IMG/VR virus record: IMGVR_UViG_3300025670_000002
Length of the DNA stretch: 64,000 nucleotides
Direction: 5' to 3' (one strand)
Source: a virus
Taxonomy: Duplodnaviria > Heunggongvirae > Uroviricota > Caudoviricetes
Below the pieces are notes generated by a model. That model ran no database searches. It saw only the letters and a program-made list of their open reading frames with translations, and was not told where the DNA came from. The position numbers were made by a program, and so were the translations under genes. This document shows, in pieces, positions 56,449-64,000 of this stretch. The stretch's first letter is position 1. The number at the start of each line of letters is the position of its first letter.

Positions 56449-57120
56449 ATGAACCCAATCGAAAGAGCAGAAGAGAATGTAAATATCCATTTCAGAACAA
56501 ACCAATTCAAATTAACATCAAATGATTTAAAAGATCAGATAAGAAGTAAGGAATGGATAGGGATAGAGATAGAGATAAACTTACTTGATAAAGAAACCAG
56601 TATCAAATCAGTTAAACGAATCATTATGCGTAAAGCCCTTGTAGATCAAGACCTGCATATAGAATATAAAATAAGAACCGCATTGATAAAGGCAGTGGAG
56701 AATAGAAGAAGCTCCTATCTTGAATCCATTTCAGAAGAACTAAATCAAATAAATCCAATTGATATAGAGGGGTATGAAACGGAGTATCAACGGAGTAGAG
56801 ATAAAACCAAACTACTAAAAATCATTGTTAATACGGTATTGGAATCAATAGAAATAGTGATAGATAAAGGTGAAGTTGACGGAACACATTCACTTGTCAC
56901 AGGAGTTATAGAATTCACCCATCACTGCAATGAAAATGAAACGTGGAATAAAACGACGCAGCTACCATTAAACCTGATCTGGAGCGATTCAAATAAAGAT
57001 GTGGCAACAATTCTAAAGGTGATTCAGGAGTATATATTTCAGATAAGAATGAGCAATGAGGACATGCGGGAAACTGAATTAATGAAGGAATTGGCAGATG
57101 GTAACGGATGTGCAGTTTAA
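56449..57120 (+). CDS. hypothetical protein
   Basis: 223-aa ORF with RBS AAGAGAGAAATTATG. Lys/Glu/Ile-rich. Confidence 0.45.
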   Translation: MNPIERAEENVNIHFRTNQFKLTSNDLKDQIRSKEWIGIEIEINLLDKETSIKSVKRIIMRKALVDQDLHIEYKIRTALIKAVENRRSSYLESISEELNQINPIDIEGYETEYQRSRDKTKLLKIIVNTVLESIEIVIDKGEVDGTHSLVTGVIEFTHHCNENETWNKTTQLPLNLIWSDSNKDVATILKVIQEYIFQIRMSNEDMRETELMKELADGNGCAV

Positions 57121-57129
57121 TCAGCCTTA

Positions 57130-57700
57130 AGTCCAGCACAGTAGCGGTGTAACAAGCCGCTATATTTTTACTTACAATTCTCCCATGGCAACGGCAGCCC
57201 TTAACATACGCGGGTAAGAGGGTAAAAAATCTCAGTGAGGATCCCCATAGGTAATCGGGCGGGTAATACATACAGGGTGGAGGAGGAGCTTTCTGATCGG
57301 CAAGGAAGTTGAATGTAATCGGCAATGGATTCGCCTTTTTATACAGACCAAGGAAAAAGCTTATGTCCATAGGGGTCAAACCAATGCGCAGCCCTTGGAA
57401 TACGTGGGATTGGGAAAAAGACAAATTCCCGTATTTCCATGATTTCACTAATCCATGGGAATTTAGCTAATTATGGGCAATAATCCATGGAAATAGATAG
57501 ATTTCGGGGTAAAAACGGGTATTTCCCATGGAAAAATATGTTAGAGTGGGAATTTGTAAGTGACTGTTTTATAAGGGAATCGCATCAAAATCCCCAAGGG
57601 AGCATAAAGAAATGAACTCAGTGGCTTTTTTGTTAGATGGATTTAGCTAATTACCCACTATACCGCCATCATTTAGATAGCATAATACAAACTCAATAAA
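57130..57700 (+). promoter_or_regulatory. 570-bp noncoding region with reiterated CCATGG-centred 10-12-mers (TCCCATGGCAA, AATCCATGGGAAT, AATCCATGGAAAT, TTTCCCATGGAAAA, TTTCCATGATTTC) and two copies of GGATTTAGCTAATTA; iteron-like
   Basis: Repeats read directly from the sequence. No ORF longer than 60 aa on the plus strand. Confidence 0.4.
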
Positions 57701-57718
57701 CAAACAGCGAGAAAGCAA
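57678..57718 (+). promoter_or_regulatory. family B leader motif TAGCATAATACAAACTCAATAAACAAACAGCGAGAAAGCAA followed by ATG at 57719
   Basis: Shares ...CATAATACAA...AAACAGYGAGAAAGCAAATG with 59101 and 59635. Confidence 0.45.
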
Positions 57719-57916
57719 ATGAACTTCAAGGTTGACCCATTTAATACTAATCACAGAGCGGTGGTTGATAAATGCAATTGGTTAGAGAACAGAGGTAAAT
57801 ACTCACGTTACGACATTGGTGAGGAAGCAAGTGTATGGGTATGTAATGAATGTGAGTGTGACCCAACGGAAATTGATGTTGATGAAGAAACTTGTGAATG
57901 TGGGGGAGAGCTATGA
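57719..57916 (+). CDS. small zinc-ribbon-like protein (CNECECD..CECGG)
   Basis: 65-aa ORF directly after the family B leader. Confidence 0.45.
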   Translation: MNFKVDPFNTNHRAVVDKCNWLENRGKYSRYDIGEEASVWVCNECECDPTEIDVDEETCECGGEL

Positions 57917-58137
57917 GTAGAACAGAGAGAATGATGTTGGAACGCAGCTTTCAACTACAGCATGACAATCCGCCATTGCCTTTGAACAAAGGATTTAATC
58001 CAAAAGCAAAAGCAATGATGAAGAAGGTGCACGCTTTTATAGCAAACGAATCGGCGGACGCATTCAGATCGAGAGATCAGCGTATGGTTAGAATTAAAGA
58101 GGTTACCTCAATGTATAAGCGTGGAGTTCTTGTTTAA
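57898..58137 (+). CDS. small hypothetical protein
   Basis: 79-aa ORF coupled to its neighbour. Confidence 0.4.
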   Translation: MWGRAMSRTERMMLERSFQLQHDNPPLPLNKGFNPKAKAMMKKVHAFIANESADAFRSRDQRMVRIKEVTSMYKRGVLV

Positions 58138-58168
58138 ATAAATAAGTCACCAATTACTTATTGACATG
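58136..58168 (+). promoter_or_regulatory. family A motif AATAAATAAGTCACCAATTACTTATTGACATGG
   Basis: TAAGTCA..TTACTTA core. Confidence 0.4.
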
Positions 58169-58236
58169 GCACAAGGATGTGCGTATATTAAGCCTCGTTA
58201 AAGACATATATTTACTCCTTTTAGCGAGAGAAGATT

Positions 58237-58404
58237 ATGATTACGGATTATGCAGACAGAGCTTATTTAACGGGCTACAAGCAACGCAAACGAAAAACAC
58301 AAGCAAGTGTCGTGCTTAAGTTATTGGCGGGGGTTGTGTCGGGAGTTTGCACTGCTGCTTTGCTTTATTCGGCACTGTTTATCTTGTTTATTCTGGGAGC
58401 ATAA
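58237..58404 (+). CDS. 55-aa membrane peptide (basic N-terminus plus one TM helix); holin- or toxin-like, not in the supplied ORF list
   Basis: MITDYADRAYLTGYKQRKRKTQASVVLKLLAGVVSGVCTAALLYSALFILFILGA, translated by hand. RBS AGAGAAGATTATG. Confidence 0.3.
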   Translation: MITDYADRAYLTGYKQRKRKTQASVVLKLLAGVVSGVCTAALLYSALFILFILGA

Positions 58405-58406
58405 GT

Positions 58407-58565
58407 ATGAATGAAAATTACACAGATGTTGGTAACTTATTTGCAGACCTAATTACTGAAACTGAGGATGAGCATGATACCTTCCTTATTCAACAAAAGA
58501 TTAACGCCTCAGAAATGAGACTAGATAGAAGAATGGCGGCTGAGGTTAGAAACTCAATGCTGTAG
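58407..58565 (+). CDS. small acidic protein (start at ATG 58407 after GGGAG; the listed ORF begins at 58347)
   Basis: RBS GGGAGCATAAGTATG. Confidence 0.35.
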   Translation: MNENYTDVGNLFADLITETEDEHDTFLIQQKINASEMRLDRRMAAEVRNSML

Positions 58566-58736
58566 CCATATTGCTGATAGCGAGTAGGCAATGTATAATG
58601 AATAAGTCAGTGAGGGAACTGGGGCGACCTTCACACCGACTTTTCTCGCTAGTCCTAGTTAATGTTTGTTTAAAAGCCCTCCCTCTTACTTAATTTGCTT
58701 TGTTTGAGGGAGGCAATACTAATTACTGGAGAATGA

Positions 58737-58970
58737 GTGCTTGATTTTTTGCTAAAGGTGACCCTAAAACGGCGTGAAGAGTTTCAAATGGTTATCGAGT
58801 GTGACGGAAGTGAGCTAGACTTTCTCATTGAGGTGGACGGCGCTAATGTAAAGGCGACACTGCATGATGACTGCGAGCTGCCAGATAGCTTTGATCAGCA
58901 GGCTTTTAGTGAGTTTCTTAGAGCACACATAGAGGCACACTATGAAAATCAAATGGTGCTGGAAGCATAG
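58737..58970 (+). CDS. small acidic hypothetical protein
   Basis: 77-aa ORF. Confidence 0.35.
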   Translation: MLDFLLKVTLKRREEFQMVIECDGSELDFLIEVDGANVKATLHDDCELPDSFDQQAFSEFLRAHIEAHYENQMVLEA

Positions 58971-59001
58971 ATGATCGGCAAGCATTTACATTTTATACAG
59001 A

Positions 59002-59024
59002 GAGGCACTTCATGTGCCTTTTTT
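59002..59024 (+). terminator. terminator AGGCACTTCATGTGCCT followed by TTTTTT
   Basis: 6-bp stem plus T-run. Confidence 0.6.
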
Positions 59025-59100
59025 ATTGTCTGAAATAAGCCAAGGAATAGCGGTATTCACAACATGGTTATAATTAAGTAACCGCTGACTTACCTTTTTT

Positions 59101-59145
59101 TAGCTGTCATAATACAATCTCTTTAAACGAACAGCGAGAAATATT
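59101..59145 (+). promoter_or_regulatory. family B leader motif TAGCTGTCATAATACAATCTCTTTAAACGAACAGCGAGAAATATT followed by ATG at 59146
   Basis: Near-identical to the copy at 59635-59678. Confidence 0.5.
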
Positions 59146-59436
59146 ATGTCAGACCTAATTCAAGAACAGTCAGCTCATATCAAAAAAATTCAAGAAGATT
59201 CAAAACTTATCCTCATTGACGATAGCAGCACCGATGCTGAGATGATTTGTGTTTCCTACTGCAACAATGATTTCGCATCCACATTGCTACACTCACTTGA
59301 AGACCTTGCTAATGAGTGTAGCTATCCACAAACAATATCAAGTGAAGTTAGCAGCTCTTATAATTACGAGCTAAGTCAGCCCAGCGAGCTAGTCTCGACC
59401 ATCATGCAGATAAAAGAAGACTTCGACCAGCAGTAG
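59146..59436 (+). CDS. small acidic hypothetical protein
   Basis: 96-aa ORF after the family B leader. Confidence 0.45.
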   Translation: MSDLIQEQSAHIKKIQEDSKLILIDDSSTDAEMICVSYCNNDFASTLLHSLEDLANECSYPQTISSEVSSSYNYELSQPSELVSTIMQIKEDFDQQ

Positions 59437-59442
59437 ATCAAG

Positions 59443-59469
59443 AGAGAAGCCATGCGCTTCTCTTTTATT
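59443..59469 (+). terminator. terminator AGAGAAGC-CATGC-GCTTCTCT followed by TTTATT
   Basis: 8-bp perfect stem. Confidence 0.6.
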
Positions 59470-59634
59470 CACAATAAACCAAGGAATAGCCCGTCTCCCG
59501 AATCGGGGCTGGTGAGGGTATACGCATGGGTGGAAACATACCGATCCCAGCCCAAGGTCAAGGCGGTCAAGCAACGGTCAAGCAATTGGCTAAGTGCTTG
59601 GTTAAGTTTTCAAAGTGCTGTAACTCCATGTTTT

Positions 59635-59678
59635 CGCTGTCATAATACAATCTCTTTAAACAAACAGTGAGAAAGCAA
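59635..59678 (+). promoter_or_regulatory. family B leader motif CGCTGTCATAATACAATCTCTTTAAACAAACAGTGAGAAAGCAA followed by ATG at 59679
   Basis: Direct comparison with the copies at 59101 and 57678. Confidence 0.5.
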
Positions 59679-60158
59679 ATGGCATATTTAACGCCAGAGC
59701 AAATCGAAGCAATCAAAGAAATCGAAGCAACACCAGCAAAGCATCGAGAAGACATACCAAGCGGGGACGAGAATTACACAGTAGAAATTTTACACGTCCA
59801 AGCAGTAAGCCAGACCTATTTAGCTAGTAGCCACACAGTAGTAGAGGGTGACCTAAGCAATCACTCTCTCATTCAAACACTAAGAGGAAAGAACGTGTCA
59901 GAATTTACACAGATCAAAGCCCATAAGCACGATTGCGATGCTTGCACTTATGTAGGAACAACTGAAGTAAAGGGAGCTACATTTGATATGTATATTTGCC
60001 TAGATAACAGCAACCGATTGGATTCAACAGCGGTTGCTAGATTCGGTAAAGATGGGGATTGCATATCTGCTCCATTTGGTATTCTTGACAGAACACCCGC
60101 ACTGATAGATTACCCACCGCAAATTTGCCTAGATAGATACAGAGGTAGTATCTCCTAG
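59679..60158 (+). CDS. hypothetical protein (start at ATG 59679; the listed ORF starts at GTG 59667 inside the conserved leader)
   Basis: 159-aa ORF after the family B leader. Confidence 0.45.
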   Translation: MAYLTPEQIEAIKEIEATPAKHREDIPSGDENYTVEILHVQAVSQTYLASSHTVVEGDLSNHSLIQTLRGKNVSEFTQIKAHKHDCDACTYVGTTEVKGATFDMYICLDNSNRLDSTAVARFGKDGDCISAPFGILDRTPALIDYPPQICLDRYRGSIS

Positions 60159-60173
60159 CAACAGTGATAACGA

Positions 60174-60198
60174 GGGCAGCGCAACAGTTGCCCTTTTT
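60174..60198 (+). terminator. terminator GGGCA..TGCCC followed by TTTTT
   Basis: 5-bp stem plus T-run. Confidence 0.5.
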
Positions 60199-60253
60199 AT
60201 TATTCTACTGAGACCCAAGGGCGACACGCTCTTGTCCCTCACCATAGAATCAA

Positions 60254-60365
60254 ATCACCATAGGTTTCCCCATTGGATCGGCTTCGGTTAATATGACAGC
60301 GGGGTATCCCTCACCCTTGGTTGAAAATCACTATGGGTTTCCCCATTGGATCGGCTTCGGTCAAT
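60254..60365 (+). repeat. two 41-nt direct repeats AATCACYATRGGTTTCCCCATTGGATCGGCTTCGGTYAATA separated by a 30-nt unique spacer
   Basis: The copies at 60254-60294 and 60325-60365 differ at 3 positions. Confidence 0.8.
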
Positions 60366-60957
60366 ACACAGGCGGCAGGAGTGAACTGCCTTGGTTGTTT
60401 GAAATTCCAAGGTCAGAATTCTGTATAGGATAAGGCAAGCTTTCTATAAGGCAGGGGGCTGGATGCTAAAATCACTAAAAATGATATTAAATCTCAAAAC
60501 ATCATCAAAAATGATAATCATTTAAAACGATGTAATATTTTTAAACATCATCAAAAATGATAACTCAGTAAAATCAACATTATCATTTTCTATGATAATA
60601 GCTGTTTTGTTCTTCTTATATAGTATAGTGAAAATTAAACTAAATTTCTTTTAAAATCAGTCACTTATAAATTAATTTTATTTATTTTCAATTCTCTTTA
60701 AAATCAACAACTTACAATTTTATTGTTTAAAAACAGTCGCTTATAAGACTGCATCAAAAGCGGTAAAAGTCAGTAATTGCTTATTATTTTATTTTTGTTT
60801 GTGTTTAAAATCAATCACTTGTAAAAAGTTTTAAAAAAGAAGTTTTTATTTATTGCGCTTTTTTTTAAGTTCTGTAAACTTAATTTCGTCGTCAAGCAAA
60901 ACGACAAACGAAAGCACATTAACTAATTAACGCTACATTGTAGCAAGTGAGAATAAA

Positions 60958-61554
60958 ATGATTTTATCTAATGAAGAGCTAGCAGTATTGAATGCAATTG
61001 AATCTAATGATATTGAAGCGTTAGAAGCTATTGAGAGCGATTTTAATAATGCAGCTTATGACATATCAGACGACATTAAAAACCGCGCTTATGTAGCGTT
61101 AGAATCGCTTAAAAATACAAGCTTAAATGTTAGCACTGATAAAAAAGCAGATTTAGAAAAAAATGCTTTAAACAGAACAAGATTAATAAACAAGTTTAGC
61201 AGTAAATATACTAAAGAGATTGATTATATAATAAACATGTATGATGAAAATATGATAAGTGAGTTGATGACATTATCATGCTACAAAACAAGTGAGCGTA
61301 TTTTATGCGCTGTTGCTTATTTAATTGATGATAGCAGTATAAAAAAAGAGAGAACTTTAAATAGTAATGCTTTTGATGTTTTAAAGAAAAACAAAACATT
61401 GTCGGTTGATACATTTAGTTTTAAAACTGTAAAAGATAAGAGTCGAGCTAATAAGCTATTGAAAGCTTATATTTTCTTAAAGCTTGTAAGCGTAGAAAAT
61501 AAGCAATACAGAGCGACTTTAAAAAGTGATGATGTAATTACAAGCTTAGTCTAG
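60958..61554 (+). CDS. hypothetical protein encoded in an AT-rich block compositionally distinct from the phage genes
   Basis: 198-aa ORF whose codon usage is strongly A/T-biased. The surrounding 60420-61900 is much more AT-rich than the rest of the window. Confidence 0.45.
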   Translation: MILSNEELAVLNAIESNDIEALEAIESDFNNAAYDISDDIKNRAYVALESLKNTSLNVSTDKKADLEKNALNRTRLINKFSSKYTKEIDYIINMYDENMISELMTLSCYKTSERILCAVAYLIDDSSIKKERTLNSNAFDVLKKNKTLSVDTFSFKTVKDKSRANKLLKAYIFLKLVSVENKQYRATLKSDDVITSLV

Positions 61555-61747
61555 TATCAATAAACTAAAAGAGTATATAATTATGTTAGTATTAAAATCA
61601 TTCATTAGCAAGTCGGGTGCAAACAAGTCAAAAGCACAATATAAAAGATATAATAAAAAACCGACTGATATAACTATACATACGTTAAAAGATAATAGAT
61701 TAATAAACAATAAGAGATATATATTCTTTATTAATATATAAACAGAT

Positions 61748-61790
<43 letters not shown>

Positions 61791-61795
61791 AATAA

Positions 61796-61831
61796 AGAGA
61801 TAATATATATTATTATATTATCTCTTTTTTT
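61796..61831 (+). terminator. AT-rich palindrome AGAGATAATATATATTATTATATTATCTCT followed by TTTTTTT
   Basis: Perfect inverted repeat plus T-run. Confidence 0.5.
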
Positions 61832-62106
61832 ATGCGCGTTAGAAAATCAATCAATAATAATCTTTAAACATCAAATTCTACGCGCTTGAAATAGCGCATA
61901 TCAAGCGATAAGTATTTTTTGCTATCAGAGTTAGTAAATCAGATTATCACCGCTTAAAAGCTATATATGAAAGTCTTAGATATGAGTGAATGTAGCGGCA
62001 TACCTCCCCTCCAGACTCCATGACTCGAAAATCCGAGTCCTTATATAATAATTGGGGGTCAGAACCTATGTCCTTATATATGGATTGGCTCTAGCCCCGT
62101 GAATCC

Positions 62107-62424
62107 TTATAGTTCGCCGCTCTCAATCATAGCTTCAAGACGCGCACGTTTGTCTGGCGATAGATTTTTTACCTTCTTGGACAAAGAGGGCATCGCATCA
62201 GACTCGTAGTGAAACTTGACAGCGGCATCAAGAACAGCAGAGTCCTGTTCAGCCAGTAGAATGAGTGCAGATGCCAGTTGCCACTGACGGATATTGGTAT
62301 GTGAAATGCCCTGCATTTCACACTCAATGTCGTGACGCTCGTTGGCAATCTTGACCAATTTATTCAGGACATTGGATGAGTTAGATGGGATAGAAACGGT
62401 CTTTCGATCTGATGGGCTTAACAT
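62107..62424 (-). CDS. hypothetical small protein next to the integrase (possible regulator or directionality factor)
   Basis: 105-aa minus-strand ORF co-oriented with the integrase. No motif recognised. Confidence 0.45.
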   Translation of the reverse strand: MLSPSDRKTVSIPSNSSNVLNKLVKIANERHDIECEMQGISHTNIRQWQLASALILLAEQDSAVLDAAVKFHYESDAMPSLSKKVKNLSPDKRARLEAMIESGEL

Positions 62425-62506
62425 ATTTACTCTCTGCGTTTATTTAATAAGCTTAAATTATAACACTCAGAAATAAAAACTCAACGAGCCCAGATAGAAA
62501 TAGTCA

Positions 62507-63691
62507 CTATTCCCTTATTTTTGCATTGTCCGATATGTAGTCTGATATTTTTTGCATAGGCTCACGCAATCTATCGACGTTTATCTGAATATAATTGCCA
62601 GTGACATCTTTGCCGCCGACCTTATGATTCACTAATGCCTTTAGGGTGTAGTGCGATATATCCAGGCTCTCAGCATAGGTGATGAATGTTCGCCTTAAGT
62701 CATGGATCGTGAAGTGATAGCCGATGGCTTTGCCAACAGCAATGACGTTCTTTTTTGGCTCCTCTATGTGTCCAGACGCAGAAGTGGGGGAGGGGAATAC
62801 GAACCTGTCGTTGTCTATGAACTGGCGCTGCTTCATGATCTCATACAGTTGATCGGACATAGGCAGCTCAATATCTATGTGATTTTTAGGATCGATAATA
62901 AGAAAGCTTCTGGTTTTCATATCGACATCAGACCACTTAAGCCCAGATATTTCTCTTCGTCGAGCGCCTGTGTAAATGATGAACTTCATGTAATCACCCA
63001 CCGTTCTGTTTCTTAGCTTATTTACCTCAGTGAACCATGAGCTCAGATACACTGGCTTTAAATAAGCGGTCTTTGGTCTGACTTTGTTCCATTGTTTATT
63101 TTCAGATAGTCGCGATACTGGATTCATAAGAATTACTGGCTCCCCGTTTATTTCGTATTTGGACTGAGCGAATGTAAATATTGCGCCGATAGTTCTGGTG
63201 AACTTATTTGCCTGTGCTGGGCCACGTTGTTTACTCATTAATATATGGCGATCCTCAACCATGTCTTTGGAAATTGACTTCATCTCTTTATTTAGCCAAT
63301 CCTTGTATGCACCGTTGATCGCTCTATTATATTCATCCAAAGTCGTCTTCTCCAGTGTTCTGGATTTCTTGTAACTAACGAACGCCTCATCGAGAGTTAC
63401 CGTTTTCATTCGGCTTATTTTCTTAACTTCGTTTGCATCGACTCCTTTGTTGAAATTGGCAATTGTCTCGGTTGCAATTTTCTTTGCCTCGATAACAGAC
63501 ATGAGCGGAAATTTCCCGACAGTTACTCTACGGGTTTTCCCATTGACTCTTCCTTCGCAAATAAATGACTTTGAGAACTTGCCTATTAATACGCCAAACT
63601 TTGAAAAGTCGGTATCCCAGAAAATCTTCTGGCCAGATACGGACAGTGGTAAACTGGCTACTGAGTGGTTGTTTATTTTTATGTGGCTCAT
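62507..63691 (-). CDS. int: tyrosine site-specific integrase (P4-like, with N-terminal arm-binding domain)
   Basis: N-terminal GKTRRVTVGKFPLMSVIEAKKIA. Catalytic R, H-x-x-R and Y: ..TGARRREISGL.., HDLRRTFITYA.., ..TGNYIQ. Confidence 0.85.
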   Translation of the reverse strand: MSHIKINNHSVASLPLSVSGQKIFWDTDFSKFGVLIGKFSKSFICEGRVNGKTRRVTVGKFPLMSVIEAKKIATETIANFNKGVDANEVKKISRMKTVTLDEAFVSYKKSRTLEKTTLDEYNRAINGAYKDWLNKEMKSISKDMVEDRHILMSKQRGPAQANKFTRTIGAIFTFAQSKYEINGEPVILMNPVSRLSENKQWNKVRPKTAYLKPVYLSSWFTEVNKLRNRTVGDYMKFIIYTGARRREISGLKWSDVDMKTRSFLIIDPKNHIDIELPMSDQLYEIMKQRQFIDNDRFVFPSPTSASGHIEEPKKNVIAVGKAIGYHFTIHDLRRTFITYAESLDISHYTLKALVNHKVGGKDVTGNYIQINVDRLREPMQKISDYISDNAKIRE

Positions 63692-63816
63692 ATTGCTTGT
63701 TTAATTTGCTTAAAATTAATAGGCATATAATAGGCATTTGAAAATAGACTGTCCAATTAATAGGCAATTAATAGGCAGATAATGGAGGTAAGATAGTTGT
63801 GATTCTTTGGCGTTTT

Positions 63817-63940
63817 AGCGATATGCTCAGTGTTTACGAGGCTTGCCGAGTAATAAGCGGCGACCGAAGGGAGGCAGTCCGGTTAGAGCACAGGATTCAT
63901 AACCCTGGGGTCCCAAGTTCAATTCTCGGTATCGCCACCA
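63817..63940 (+). tRNA. CAT-anticodon tRNA-like sequence (Met/Ile2 type) with a ~48-nt insertion in the D-loop. The 3' 60 nt (63881-63940) are canonical. The 5' 16 nt (63817-63832) are slightly degenerate (A1.C72 mismatch, position 9 missing).
   Basis: 3' part by hand folding: GGTTA GAGC A CAGGA TTCATAA CCCTG GGGTC CCAAG TTCAATT CTCGG TATCGCC A CCA. 5' part: AGCGATA T GCTC AGTG. Acceptor pairs 6/7 and D-stem pairs 4/4. D-arm GCTCAGTG[insert]GGTTAGAGCA is the tRNA-Ile2/Met consensus as I recall it. Confidence 0.5.
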
Positions 63941-63964
63941 TTAACTTCTTTATTGAAGTAATCA

Positions 63965-63990
63965 AACCAGCCTTCAGTGCTGGTTTTTTT
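63965..63990 (+). terminator. terminator AACCAGC-CTTCAGT-GCTGGTT followed by TTTTTTT, directly after the tRNA-like CCA end
   Basis: 7-bp stem plus T-run. Confidence 0.7.
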
Positions 63991-64000
63991 ATGCCTGAAA

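Noticed and set aside
57130-57700. Retron or group II intron ncRNA
   Set aside because: No reverse-transcriptase ORF nearby and no long inverted repeats flanking the block. Iteron/att-arm interpretation preferred.
60254-60365. Possible CRISPR mini-array
   Set aside because: Only two repeat units, no palindromic repeat core and no cas genes or leader. Kept as a generic direct repeat.
63817-63940. Intact phage-encoded tRNA-Met
   Set aside because: The canonical cloverleaf only forms if 48 nt are removed from the D-loop, and even then position 9 is missing and pair 1:72 is A.C. As encoded it is not a functional tRNA.

Overview
The window is almost entirely the plus-strand DNA-metabolism half of a large tailed phage or prophage with a T4-like replication and recombination core. 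Coding density is high and many genes are translationally coupled. Genes I can call from motifs are: an intein-split PhoH, an Hfq-like protein, DnaB-type helicase, a zinc-ribbon/TOPRIM primase, NAD-dependent ligase, CobT/CobS-like pair, a DnaE (Pol III alpha) gene interrupted by an HNH homing endonuclease, gp32-type SSB, RNase H/FEN, a RecA/UvsX gene with an intein, SbcD/SbcC (gp47/gp46-like), a RuvC-like resolvase, class I RNR alpha with two inteins plus RNR beta, HU, an SPFH protein, ThyA followed by an HNH homing endonuclease and a duplicated thyA 3' remnant, DHFR, Nudix, a P-loop kinase, a ParB-like protein, a DnaQ-like exonuclease, a CoaB-like protein, a RadC/JAB protein and a SleB-type cell-wall hydrolase. 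The right end holds a compositionally distinct AT-rich cargo segment, a P4-type tyrosine integrase on the minus strand, and a CAT-anticodon tRNA-like sequence whose D-loop carries a ~48-nt insertion; the last is most simply read as the attR junction of a prophage. Two families of conserved intergenic motifs run through the region: a palindromic TAAGTCA..TGACTTA promoter/operator element in at least 16 copies, and a conserved leader ending AACAGYGAGAAAGCAAATG. Four otherwise unrelated small proteins share a C-terminal GSW-COOH tail. Functional names rest on motifs I recognise by eye; nothing was searched against a database.
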